Assembly (NCBI GenBank): GCA_963773945.1 | Contig: CAVZDD010000004.1 | Location: forward strand, 40,795 to 104,794 | DNA: 64,000 bases | Reading direction: 5' to 3' | From: an uncultured Thermoplasmata archaeon | GTDB lineage: Archaea; Thermoplasmatota; Thermoplasmata; Lutacidiplasmatales; UBA184 | Part shown: positions 27,957 through 36,937 of the stretch, piece after piece | How the letters are laid out: the number at the start of each line of letters is the position of its first letter | Position numbering within the stretch: the stretch's first letter is position 1 | Notes under the pieces: model-generated | The model's database searches: none | The model's input: only the letters and a program-made list of their open reading frames with translations | Told to the model about the DNA's origin: nothing | Position numbers and translations under genes: made by a program

Positions 27957-28775
27957 ATGGACTGGGGACTGCAGAACCGGATGGCCCGATTCATCAAGCC
28001 AAGTACCGGTCACACGGTGATGCTCGCGGCCGACCATGGCTATTTCATGGGCCCCACCCGCCGGCTCGAGAATCCCCGGTCGACGTTGGAGCCCCTCCTT
28101 CCTTTCGCGGACGCGATTGCCGTCACCCGGGGGGTGCTTCGACGTTCGATCCCCGCCACCTCGGACGTGCCCGTCGTGCTCCGCGTTTCGGGCGGTGTCA
28201 CGGTGCTCAAGGAAGACCTGAGCGACGAGGCGATCACCACCTCGATGGAGGAGGCGCTGCGCCTCAACGTGTGTGCGGTGGCTCTCTCCGTGTTTGTCGG
28301 GGCCCCTCACGAGCACGAATCTCTCGCGTCCCTCGCGGAGCTGGTCGATGAGGGCGAGGCGCTGGGGATGCCCGTGATGGCCATCACCGCCGTCGGGAAG
28401 GAACTCGAAAAGCGGGATGCGCGCTACCTTTCCTTGGCGTGCCGGGTGTCGGCGGAACTTGGGGCCCACCTGGTCAAGACCTACTACTGCGAGAATTTCG
28501 AAAAAGTCGTCGAAGGCTGCCCGGTCCCGTTGGTCGTCGCGGGGGGCCCGAAGCTCGACACCGACCAATCCGTCCTCGAGCTCTGCGCAGGGGCGATCGA
28601 AAAGGGCGCCATCGGGGTCGACATGGGTCGGAACATTTGGCAATCCGACCACCCCGTCGCGATGATCAAGTCGATTCGGGCGATTGTCCACGAGAAGGCG
28701 ACTGTGCGAGAGGCGCTCCAGGTCTTGGAAGCGAGTAAGAAGTTGGCCCGGCCCGTCACCCCCGTCCAGTCCTAA
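27957..28775 (+). CDS. class I aldolase, DhnA/FbaB/LsrF family
   Basis: 272-aa reading from ATG 27957. 'MLAADHGYFMGP', 'LGAHLVKTYY' (Schiff-base lysine context) and 'GAIGVDMGRNIWQ' fit this family. It could be FBP aldolase or an ADH-synthase-type enzyme. Confidence 0.75.
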   Translation: MDWGLQNRMARFIKPSTGHTVMLAADHGYFMGPTRRLENPRSTLEPLLPFADAIAVTRGVLRRSIPATSDVPVVLRVSGGVTVLKEDLSDEAITTSMEEALRLNVCAVALSVFVGAPHEHESLASLAELVDEGEALGMPVMAITAVGKELEKRDARYLSLACRVSAELGAHLVKTYYCENFEKVVEGCPVPLVVAGGPKLDTDQSVLELCAGAIEKGAIGVDMGRNIWQSDHPVAMIKSIRAIVHEKATVREALQVLEASKKLARPVTPVQS

Positions 28776-28877
28776 GCCGACTCGGCCCAGGCCGAGACAA
28801 CTTCCCCGGAAAACGCGAGCTTCGGGGGGTTCTCGACCGCTGAGAAGACAGATGTAGGCCGAGCCGGTACCATCTGC

Positions 28878-29489
28878 ATGGCCGGCGGCCTCAATCCGGT
28901 AGCGCAGAACGTCATGCAAGCCCTTTCCGGGCACCCAAGCCTGGTGATGAAGATGCAGATTCTTTCCATGGGGAAGAACTACGACGTGATGGACCCGAAT
29001 CAGACGGTCCTTTGCAAAATCGGGCTCGATGCGGGCCAGAACGTTTCCGGTCAGATGCTAGGAAATGCCGTAGGGGGTTACATTGGGAGGTATGTGGCCC
29101 GGAGCGTGAACTACACCTACAAGGTGAAGGATCCCGCCGGCAATGTCGGTTTGGAAATTCGTAAGACCGGGGGTGGAAATCACTCCCAATTCCAAGTGGT
29201 CGACCCCTTCCTGGGAACGTCGGTGGGCCTCATCGAAATGAAACGGGGCCTCATGGGCGGGCTAGACGCGACGTGGGTGGCGCCCTCGGGACAGCCATTG
29301 ATGAACACGAAGGGCAGCATCCTCCGTCGCCAGTACGAGATTGTAGGGGCCGATGGCCGCGAGATGGGTCATGTCCGGCACAAGATCCTCGCGATCCGGG
29401 ATGTTTGGGAGCTCGAATTGGGGCAGGGGTCCAACCACCTGTTCTCCTCGATATTCGCAACGATCCTGGATTTCGAAAAGGAAATGTGA
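28878..29489 (+). CDS. LURP-one-related / scramblase-like (DUF567, Tubby C-like fold) protein
   Basis: 203-aa ORF. It has repeated beta-hairpin-like 'Y.V.D..G' segments ('YDVMDPNQ', 'YKVKDPAGN', 'YEIVGADGRE') and a terminal helix 'LFSSIFATILDFE'. The gene is visibly less GC-rich than its surroundings. Confidence 0.45.
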   Translation: MAGGLNPVAQNVMQALSGHPSLVMKMQILSMGKNYDVMDPNQTVLCKIGLDAGQNVSGQMLGNAVGGYIGRYVARSVNYTYKVKDPAGNVGLEIRKTGGGNHSQFQVVDPFLGTSVGLIEMKRGLMGGLDATWVAPSGQPLMNTKGSILRRQYEIVGADGREMGHVRHKILAIRDVWELELGQGSNHLFSSIFATILDFEKEM

Positions 29490-29558
29490 GGCGGCGGGAG
29501 CCCCGGCGAGTCTCTGCCGAGCCCTGATGCTCCACGCGCTCTAGCGCAGCTCTTCACG

Positions 29559-30020
29559 ATGCCGACAAGAAGGATTCAACTGTCGAAAGCCGTCGAGCGA
29601 AAGTTGGCGGCGACGCTATTCAATCGTACCTGGGGCCTTCTGCTGAAGAAGGAACGGACGCCGCCGGAGCAGGAGGAGATGGTCCATACCGTTCACGCGT
29701 CGCGATATCACTGGGGGCGCGTCGGTAAGCCGCTCAACCTGTCGATCGCCGAGTGGCAACTCTCTCGAGTCTATTCGGTGCTCCGGCGGGCCGAGCCCGC
29801 GCTCTATTACGCTCGGCGCTGCCTCGCGATCTCCCGACAGGCTCGCCTGGAGCCGTTCTATCTGGGGTATGCGTACGAGGCCCTCGCCCGGGCTTCCTCC
29901 GTCGCCGGAAATCGACCGGACCGGAACCGGTTTCTCCGGGAGGCGAAACGTTTCGCTGAATTGGTCACGGATCGGGAGAGTCGAGACCTCCTGGTCGCGG
30001 ACCTGCGCACCCTCCCCTAG
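29559..30020 (+). CDS. hypothetical helical protein
   Basis: 153-aa ORF with good coding appearance. No recognised motif. Confidence 0.5.
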   Translation: MPTRRIQLSKAVERKLAATLFNRTWGLLLKKERTPPEQEEMVHTVHASRYHWGRVGKPLNLSIAEWQLSRVYSVLRRAEPALYYARRCLAISRQARLEPFYLGYAYEALARASSVAGNRPDRNRFLREAKRFAELVTDRESRDLLVADLRTLP

Positions 30021-30089
30021 GGGACCCGCGTCGGCCCACGAAAGCGGCCGGGGTCGCTTTCATATCCGTCAGCGGTACCCGGACATCGC

Positions 30090-30174
30090 GCGGGGATCGC
30101 CCAGCTTGGTCAAAGGCGCCAGATTCAGGGTCTGGTCTCGTAGGAGTTCGTGGGTTCAAATCCCTCTCCCCGCA
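30090..30174 (+). tRNA. tRNA-Leu (anticodon CAG), long variable arm
   Basis: The parse is GCGGGGA TC GCC C AGCTTGGTCAAA GGC G CCAGA TTCAGGG TCTGG TCTCGTAGGAGTTC GTGGG TTCAAAT CCCTC TCCCCGC A. The T stem has one U50:U64 mismatch. Confidence 0.85.
30159..30174 (+). repeat. att-like direct repeat copy 1 (3' end of tRNA-Leu)
   Basis: AATCCCTCTCCCCGCA. It recurs at 31813-31825 (13 nt) and at 32597-32617 (21 of 22 nt including GGTTC). Confidence 0.7.
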
Positions 30175-30400
30175 GACTTTTACTCGCCCGAGCCATCGCA
30201 GCTCCTGGCGATTCGGAACTAGAACGGGCGAGAATCCCAGTTCCCCCTCCGGAAAAGGGTGGGGTTCCTAACAACGAGTGCGATGCTCGGCTAGATCCAA
30301 CGGTACGTAGCAATTATTGCCGGTCAGCATCCCTATTCGGCAGCCCGTTATATTCAACGGACTTTCCGGGGGCACCGGGAGTTCCGGGGAGAAAAAATCT

Positions 30401-31222
30401 ATGCCGTATGTCAAGACGAAGGACGGAACGCAGATCTTCTACAAGGACTGGGGCAGCGGCCAACCGGTGGTCTTCAGTCACGGTTGGCCTCTGTCAGCGG
30501 ACGACTGGGACGGGCAGATGCTGTTCTTTTTGACGCATGGCTACCGCGTCGTTGCACACGACCGGCGGGGGCATGGACGCTCCACCCAGATATCGGAAGG
30601 CCATGACCTGGACCACTACGCGGACGACCTAGCGGCGGTGATGGACGAGCTCGACCTCAGGACAGCTATCAACGTGGGGCATTCCACGGGCGGAGGCGAA
30701 GTCGCCCACTACATCGCCCGGCACGGCACCAAGCGCGTGGCCAAGTGCGTACTGATCAGCTCCGTGCCGCCGCTCATGTTGAAGACGGATGCGAACCCGG
30801 ATGGGACCCCCCTCGCGGTCTTCGATCAGTTGCGCGCCGGGCTCGCGGCAAATCGGCCGCAGTTCTACATGGACTTCACGATGCCGTTTTAGGGATTCAA
30901 CCGCCCGGGGGCAAGAATCTCCGAAGCTATCCGCCAGCACTGGTTTTTGCAGGGCATGATGGGAGGGGCCAAGGCTCACTACGACGGAATCAAGGCCTTT
31001 TCGGAGACCGATTTCACCGAGGACCTGAAGAAGATCGAGGTACCGATGCTGGTCATGCACGGAGACGACGACCAGATCGTTCCGATCAAGGCGACGAGTC
31101 TCCGGACGGCGAAGCTCGTCAAGAATGCCACCCTGAAAGTCTACGCGGGGTTCCCGCACGGGATGCCAAGAACCAATCCGGATCAGATCAACGCAGATTT
31201 GCTTGCGTTCTTCAAAGCATAG
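30401..31222 (+). pseudogene. non-heme chloroperoxidase / arylesterase-type alpha/beta hydrolase interrupted by an in-frame TAG
   Basis: ORFs 30317..30892 and 30947..31222 are in the same frame. Read-through gives '[34 protein letters not shown]', so TAG 30890-30892 sits where this family has Tyr in 'PFYGFNRPG'. The nucleophile is 'GHSTGG'. Confidence 0.75.
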
Positions 31223-31420
31223 GAAGTCGGGCCCCGGGGCAAAGGGCAACGCCCCAGCCGGAAGAACGGCTCGAAACGTGCCCGTTTTTCGAAGGAGGTC
31301 GATTTGGCTCCGCGACATGGGTCCAAAGACTTGCGAGACCAACGGTGAGAAGCGCCACTCCCCCAGCTACTCAATTCAAGTTCAGGGTCGCTTCATCTGG
31401 GGGCCGGCAGTGCAACGATT

Positions 31421-31495
31421 ATGGGAGTACTCGGTTGGATCGTCGTTATCGTCGTCGTCGTCGTGGTGCTAGCTTGGATTGGCATCATCCACTGA
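31421..31495 (+). CDS. possible 24-aa hydrophobic peptide
   Basis: It reads ATG...TGA as MGVLGWIVVIVVVVVVLAWIGIIH and is directly followed by nested hairpins. There is no obvious RBS or TATA, so this is speculative. Confidence 0.2.
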   Translation: MGVLGWIVVIVVVVVVLAWIGIIH

Positions 31496-31497
31496 GA

Positions 31498-31532
31498 GGT
31501 GCCGATGGCACCGAAGGCTAGCCTTCGGTGCC
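31498..31532 (+). terminator. nested perfect palindromes (alternative hairpins)
   Basis: GGTGCC-GAT-GGCACC forms a 6-bp stem. GGCACCGAAGGC-TA-GCCTTCGGTGCC forms a 12-bp stem. The two share the GGCACC segment. Confidence 0.4.
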
Positions 31533-31812
31533 CCGCGCCTCCTAGAGGTACCAGTTTGCCAGCTCCCCGCACGGCCGCGCGCGCTAACAGCTCGGATTAG
31601 CGTAATAGCCAGCGCACTCGGCGAGTGCACGCACGTTCCGGGAACGCGCTTCTACCCTGTCCGTGAAGGGCCCGTTCCCTGACGGGTGGACTTGCAGGCG
31701 ACCCTTTGAACCGATTTCAAACGACGGGGTTGTGTAACGGAGGGATCTCCCGCGCGAGAGGGTTTGGGCCCCCCCACGGTCGGCATGTGGGGATTTGAAC
31801 TGTTCAGTTGTG

Positions 31813-31825
31813 CCCTCTCCCCGCA
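31813..31825 (+). repeat. att-like direct repeat copy 2
   Basis: CCCTCTCCCCGCA is identical to tRNA-Leu positions 30162-30174. It is preceded at 31790-31800 by GGGGATTTGAAC, an inverted T-loop-like fragment. Confidence 0.55.
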
Positions 31826-31982
31826 CGGTACCCGTAGAAGTACCTATCGAAGAATCGCTCGATCGTCGACCCCTCCGGCGGCTCAAATCCGGTTCGTTTC
31901 ATCCGGAGGATTTGGAAGCGTCCATGGAAAACATTAATTCAATGGAGTCCATCATTTGGGCGTGGCAGCTTCGAAGAATCCG

Positions 31983-32204
31983 ATGACGAGCCTGTCAATC
32001 CATCGATCGACGTTGAGGAGCTTGCAAGAGCTCAAAACCGGTGCAGAAACTTGGGACGACTTTCTGGAACGCCTGTCCTCGTACTACGAGAACACGCTCA
32101 CGCCCGAGCTTCACTCCGAGCTCCGGCGACGCTCGGCAGGTCCCAGAATCCCTCTTCGGGAAGTTCTTCGGCAGCATGAGGAACTGAAACGTAGGGGCCG
32201 CTGA
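31983..32204 (+). CDS. RelB-like / archaeal-type antitoxin
   Basis: 73-aa reading from ATG 31983. 'SLSIHRSTLRSLQELKTGAETWDDFLERL' follows the archaeal antitoxin pattern (I.V..ET...L..LK...ESFSD.I..L). It ends 5 nt before the toxin start. Confidence 0.6.
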   Translation: MTSLSIHRSTLRSLQELKTGAETWDDFLERLSSYYENTLTPELHSELRRRSAGPRIPLREVLRQHEELKRRGR

Positions 32205-32209
32205 CGGAT

Positions 32210-32539
32210 GTGGTCGGCGGCCACACCCAGAACTACCTCGAACTGATCGATTTCGCGGATGACGCTCGCCACGAGCTTCTCGCACTCCCACAAGAAGTCC
32301 GGGAACATTTCTTTGAAGCGTTCCCGGCCTTAGCCGCCCACCCCACTCGACGGACATCGGACCTGGATGTCCAGAACCTCCACGATCCTCGAGGGAGAAG
32401 GACCCGCTACTGGCGCCTCAAGGTCTCTGGCGGTTACAGGGCGATTTATCGCCTTGTGCACGGAAGGGTACACATTGAGGCTATTCGACCACGGCCGGGA
32501 GTTTATTCGTGGCTCTACAAGGTACTAGGTCGGAGGTGA
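32210..32539 (+). CDS. RelE/ParE family toxin
   Basis: 109-aa ORF with a GTG start. 'YWRLKVSGGYRAIYRLVHGRVHIEAIRPRPGVY' is the typical RelE/ParE C-terminal core. Confidence 0.7.
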   Translation: MVGGHTQNYLELIDFADDARHELLALPQEVREHFFEAFPALAAHPTRRTSDLDVQNLHDPRGRRTRYWRLKVSGGYRAIYRLVHGRVHIEAIRPRPGVYSWLYKVLGRR

Positions 32540-32596
32540 CTCAGATGGTCGTGCGCTACCACGGGCGCACCTTCCTGCATATTTGTATCGCCAGGC

Positions 32597-32617
32597 GGTT
32601 CCAATCCCTCTCCCCGC
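32597..32617 (+). repeat. att-like direct repeat copy 3 (partial tRNA-Leu 3' end)
   Basis: GGTTCCAATCCCTCTCCCCGC versus the tRNA GGTTCAAATCCCTCTCCCCGC. There is one mismatch. Confidence 0.7.
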
Positions 32618-32647
32618 GCTCTTCCCGGCAGTTGGGCCGGGATCGTT

Positions 32648-33043
32648 TTGCCAAGCTTCCGACGTGGCTTTATCTCGCCTCCATGGCATCCGCCGCGAGT
32701 GTGGTCTGATTCACCTCTCGAACTCCGCGTGGAGGCCTACGTCGATGGGGAACTCCCGGCTCCGCTGGCCGAGAAGATCGGTGCGGTCCTGGCCCACCGC
32801 TGGCCCGTCTCCTGGGACGTGGACATTCCCCCGCACGCCAGCTTCGAACACCCCGCCGAATGGCGCGCGGTAGTGCCCTTTGTCGAAGGGACCACGCCCG
32901 AGAGTCTGCACCGGCAGCTCGCGACCGAACTCCTCGCGCTCGATCCGGCGCACTCTCTCCATCTCCGCACTCGATGGGACTTCCCCCAGGCCCCAAACCA
33001 TCAGGAAGTCTACGAGGAACGCTGGAAGCCCCAAGGGCACTGA
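32648..33043 (+). CDS. hypothetical protein
   Basis: 131-aa ORF with a TTG start. GTG 32699 and GTG 32729 are alternatives. Composition returns to high GC. Confidence 0.4.
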   Translation: MPSFRRGFISPPWHPPRVWSDSPLELRVEAYVDGELPAPLAEKIGAVLAHRWPVSWDVDIPPHASFEHPAEWRAVVPFVEGTTPESLHRQLATELLALDPAHSLHLRTRWDFPQAPNHQEVYEERWKPQGH

Positions 33044-33077
33044 CCTAGCTCCGATCGCGGAACGAGCCACGCCGCAC

Positions 33078-34070
33078 TCACTCGGCCGGAACGAGCACAG
33101 CGGCGCCCTCGAGGTGGCCCGCGCGCAGTTGCGCCAACGCCTCATTCGCCTTCCCCAGCGGGAAGCTCGTTGTCACGGTTCGTACCCTGGCCTTCGTGGC
33201 AATATCGAAAAACTCCTCGCCGTCCTTGCGCGTGAGGTTGGCGACGGAGCGCAGCACACGCTCTCCCCACAACGCTTCGTAGGGAAAGCTCGGGATATCG
33301 CTCATGTGAATTCCTGCGCAAACGACCGTTCCGCCCTTGGTTACCGCAGCCAAAGCCGCGGGCACGAGCATCCCGACGGGAGCAAAGATCAGTGCCGCAT
33401 CGAGAGGCTCCGGAGAGCGTTCGTCGGAGCCGCCGGCCCAAACGGCGCCGAGCGTCCGGGCGAACGCCTGTCCGCGGGTGTCCGCCGGCCGGGTGAAGGC
33501 GTAGACTTTCTGTCCCCGGAATCGGGCCACCTGCACCGCGATGTGGGCGGCGGCCCCGAAACCAAAGAAGCCGACCCGCTGGGCTTCGCCGGCCATTCGT
33601 AGGGCCCGGAAGCCAATCGTTCCAGCACAAAGAAGCGGCGCCGCCCCCACATCGGTGTATCCGACCGGTATCGGGAACGTGAAGCGCTCGTCGGCAGCGG
33701 CGAACTCTGCGTAACCGCCATCGAGGTCGTACCCGGTGAACCTTGCCCGGTCACAGAGATTCTCCCGACCGGACCGGCAAAACGCACACTCGCCGCAGGT
33801 CCAACCCACCCATGGGACGCCGACCCGGTCCCCAATGCGCGCCCGGGCGACCTGCTGCCCGACCGCAACGATCGCGCCGACGATCTCGTGGCCCGGTACC
33901 AAGGGAAGTTTCGGATGCGGGAGTTCGCCGTCCACGACGTGAAGGTCGGTTCGGCAGACGCCGCACGCTCCTACCCGAATCAAGACGTCGCGGGGACCGA
34001 GTCGGGGTGTCTCTTGGCTAGTCGAGTTGCGGAGTGGAGACTGCGCCGCGTCGAGCAACATCGCGCGCAC
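33078..34070 (-). CDS. zinc-dependent alcohol dehydrogenase (MDR family)
   Basis: 330-aa ORF. It has 'GVCRTDLHVVDGE', 'GHEIVG', the structural-zinc cluster 'CGECAFCRSGRENLC' and the Rossmann motif 'GFGAAAH'. Confidence 0.85.
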   Translation of the reverse strand: MRAMLLDAAQSPLRNSTSQETPRLGPRDVLIRVGACGVCRTDLHVVDGELPHPKLPLVPGHEIVGAIVAVGQQVARARIGDRVGVPWVGWTCGECAFCRSGRENLCDRARFTGYDLDGGYAEFAAADERFTFPIPVGYTDVGAAPLLCAGTIGFRALRMAGEAQRVGFFGFGAAAHIAVQVARFRGQKVYAFTRPADTRGQAFARTLGAVWAGGSDERSPEPLDAALIFAPVGMLVPAALAAVTKGGTVVCAGIHMSDIPSFPYEALWGERVLRSVANLTRKDGEEFFDIATKARVRTVTTSFPLGKANEALAQLRAGHLEGAAVLVPAE

Positions 34071-34229
34071 CTGTTCTGGTCCCCTGGAGTCGTCGAGGCG
34101 TCAGGTTGTTGAGAGCCATAAGCGGAGGCTGGTCTCCCGGGCGCCGGGAAACCGGAAGGCCTTGCGAGGCGCCCCGACAGCCGAACGGGAGCGGGGAACC
34201 GCTAAGTTCGGCCGGCGAGTCATCACCGC

Positions 34230-34796
34230 GTGAACGCCTCGGCCGGCGGCCGCGGACCCAACGACTCTCCGCCACCGGAGCGGCTTCCGCCCAAAACTCC
34301 TGCACGCCCCGGGGCTGCCTCCCGGCTGCGAGTGAACGGAATCGACCACGCGATCTCGCTCGACCGGGACCGCAGCCTGCTCTATGTCCTCCGCGAAGAG
34401 CTGGGTCTAACGGGCACGAAGTACGGCTGCGGTGAAGGGGAATGCGGCGCGTGTAAGATCCTCGTCGAAGGGGTGGCGGTCCGTTCCTGCATGACGCCCA
34501 TCGGCGAAGTAGTGGGGCGGTCGGTCACGACAATCGAGGGACTCGCCCCCGGGACTCGTCTGCACCCGGTTCAACAGGCGTTCATCGATGCGAACGCCTT
34601 CCAGTGCGGCTTCTGCACTCCGGGCATGATCCTCGCCGGTGTCTCGTTGCTCGCCCGGAATCCTCACCCCAGCGACGCGGAAATCCGGGCGGGGATGGAC
34701 GGCAACATCTGTCGCTGTGGCGGGTATCTTCGAATCGTCGAGGCCCTCCGGAGGGCCTCTCAGTCGGCGGACGCCACCGAAGGCGGGCCGCCATGA
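34230..34796 (+). CDS. (2Fe-2S)-binding small subunit of a xanthine dehydrogenase/aldehyde oxidase-family enzyme
   Basis: 'CGEGECGACK', 'CGFCTPG' and 'CRCGGY' are the two [2Fe-2S] motifs. Its stop overlaps the next gene's ATG (ATGA at 34793). Confidence 0.85.
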   Translation: MNASAGGRGPNDSPPPERLPPKTPARPGAASRLRVNGIDHAISLDRDRSLLYVLREELGLTGTKYGCGEGECGACKILVEGVAVRSCMTPIGEVVGRSVTTIEGLAPGTRLHPVQQAFIDANAFQCGFCTPGMILAGVSLLARNPHPSDAEIRAGMDGNICRCGGYLRIVEALRRASQSADATEGGPP

Positions 34797-36915
34797 ACGC
34801 ACCGGCCGACAACCGCCCTTTTGACCTTCTGGCTCCGGCCGAACGCGCCTATTTCGAACGGTACGGTCCGGGCCTGGTACTGGTGCTTCCCGCGCAACGG
34901 CCGGGCCCCACGGAATGGGGCAAAGGCGGTCCACCCCACGGAGGCGCGTGGATTCACCTGGGGGAGACGGAATCGCCCGGGCGTTCATCGGGAAGGTCGA
35001 GGTCGGCCAGGGGACGCGCACCGCGCTCTCGCTCCTCGTCGCGGAGGAGCTCCATCTACCGGTCACCTCCGTTCAACTCACGATGGGGGACACGGACGTC
35101 TGCCCCTGGGACATGGGAACTTTCGGCAGCCGGTCGATGCCGGACGCCGCCCAACATCTGCGGCTCACGGGAGCCGCCGCCCGCGGCGCGCTGCTCGAAA
35201 TCGCTTCGCAAGAGTTCAAAGTCGACCCGGCCGAGGTTGAGCTCATCGAAGGGAAGGCGCGGGTGAAGACCGCAACTGGGTCCAACGTCGTGGCCTACGG
35301 CGACCTCGTACGAAACCTCCAGCGTGTCGAGACCGTCCCGCCCTCCACACAGCCGATTCCCCCGGCCGAATGGAAGACTGCCGGTCACCCAGCCGACGAC
35401 GTCGGGGCGCGCGAGGTGGTGACGGGCGCGCGGCAGTACACCTCCGACCTCCATCTTCCCGGAATGTTGCACGGTCAGATGCTCTTCCCGCCCACCCACG
35501 GAGCGAAGCTCGTGCGGGTGGACCTGTCCCGCGCCCAAGCCTTGCCGGGCGTCACGGTCGTGCACGAGGGGGACCTCGTCGCGGTCGCCGCGCCGGACCT
35601 CCACACGAGCCACGTCGCCGTCAAGGCGCTCCGGGCCGAGTGGGAAACCACCCCCCAACCCTCCGAAAAGAACATTGTCGAATACCTTCGTCAACACCCT
35701 GCCGAGGGAGAGGATTTCTGGGACGTCGTCCACCACAAGGCCGGCGACGTGGACGCCGCCTTAGCGACGGCCACGATCTCGCTCCACGAGACCTACACGA
35801 CGGCGTACATCGCGCACGTTCCGTTGGAGACCCACGCCGTCGTCGCGGCTTGGGAAGGCGACCGGCTCACGGTCTGGCTGGGAAGCCAGACGCCCTTCCG
35901 CGCCCGGGACACCCTCCGCGACGCGTTAGGACTGCCCGAAGCGCATGTGCGGATCGTTGTCCCCCCCACCGGTGCCGGCTTCGGGGGAAAGCACGCGGGA
36001 GAACTCGCCGTAGGCGCCGCCCGACTCGCCAAGGCGGCGGGCCATCCAGTTCGTATCGTGTATTCCCGCGAGGAGGAATTTCGTCAGGCCTACTTCCGCC
36101 CGATGGCGATCGTCGACGTGCGGTCGGGCGCGGAGAAGGATGGGACCCTCACGGCGTGGGAGTTCCATGACCTGAACGCGGGTTCCGCGGCTACCCGTAT
36201 CCCGTACAAAGTGCCCAACCAGAAGATCGATAACCAGCCCGCGGACTCTCCGCTCTCCCAAGGCTCCTATCGCGCGCTGGCGGCGACGGCGAACAATTTC
36301 GCCCGAGAGTCCCACATGGACGAACTCGCCGCCCGGGTCGGTGCGGACCCCGTGGAGTATCGGATGCGTCACCTCGCCGACGCCCGTCTCGCCGCGGTCT
36401 TGCAAGCGGTGGCCCAGCGGGCGGGGTGGGTCGCACGGCCGCGGCCGACCCCTTCCGCTCCGGGACCGCAACGCGGCCAGGGAATCGCGGTCGGGCTCGA
36501 GAAGGGGGGTCGCGTCGCGACCTTTGCCGAAGTCGAGGTACACGAGGATCGGCGTCTCGAGATCGTGCGCATCGTGACCGGTCTCGAGTGCGGAGCGATC
36601 GTGCATCCCACGAATCTTCGAAGCCAGGTCGAGGGAGGCACTGTCATGGCCCTGGGCGGCGCGTTGTTCGAGGCCATCCACTTTGAGAATGGCCGCATCT
36701 TGAATCCGAAGCTCTCCGAGTATCAGGTGCCTCGGTTCCACGACACTCCCCCCATCGACGTGATCCTGCTGGACCGTCGCGACCTGCCCTCTCAGGGAGC
36801 GGGGGAGACGCCGTTGATCGCCGTCGCCCCGGCCCTCGCGAACGCCATCTACGATGCGACGGGACACCGCCTCCGGTCTCTGCCCCTGGTTCCCGACGGA
36901 ACCGTGCCCTCGTGA
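34793..36915 (+). CDS. molybdopterin-binding large subunit (IorB / aldehyde oxidase-like), apparent frameshift
   Basis: The N-terminus ('MNAPADNRPFDLL...GGAWIHLG') is in the frame of ORF 34604... The remainder ('DGIARAFIGKVEVGQGTRTAL', 'GAGFGGKH') is in ORF 34915..36915. The junction is at the G5 run 34960-34964, and one extra G restores a single frame. Confidence 0.8.
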
Positions 36916-36937
36916 TTCGGCCGGCCCCGGGGCGAGT

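Larger units (their letters stand above)
30175..32617 (+). mobile_element. degenerate integrated element(s) at tRNA-Leu, no integrase retained
   Basis: The region is bounded by the tRNA 3' end and a downstream partial copy, with a third copy in the middle. It has lower GC, and it contains a nonsense-interrupted hydrolase, about 0.7 kb with no convincing ORF, and a RelE/ParE toxin-antitoxin pair. Confidence 0.45.

Noticed and set aside
30890-30892. TAG as pyrrolysine or programmed read-through in the hydrolase gene.
   Set aside because: The codon replaces a conserved Tyr (TAY to TAG). No pyl genes are in the window. The gene sits in a decaying island.
31449-31466. GTC/GTT trinucleotide run as a microsatellite or CRISPR-like repeat.
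   Set aside because: It is only about six units. If anything, it encodes the Val run of the tiny hydrophobic ORF. No spacer-repeat periodicity occurs anywhere in the window.
31786-31830. Minus-strand tRNA suggested by GGGGATTTGAAC.
   Set aside because: The flanks cannot form a T stem or acceptor stem. It is a fragment associated with the att-like repeat, not a gene.
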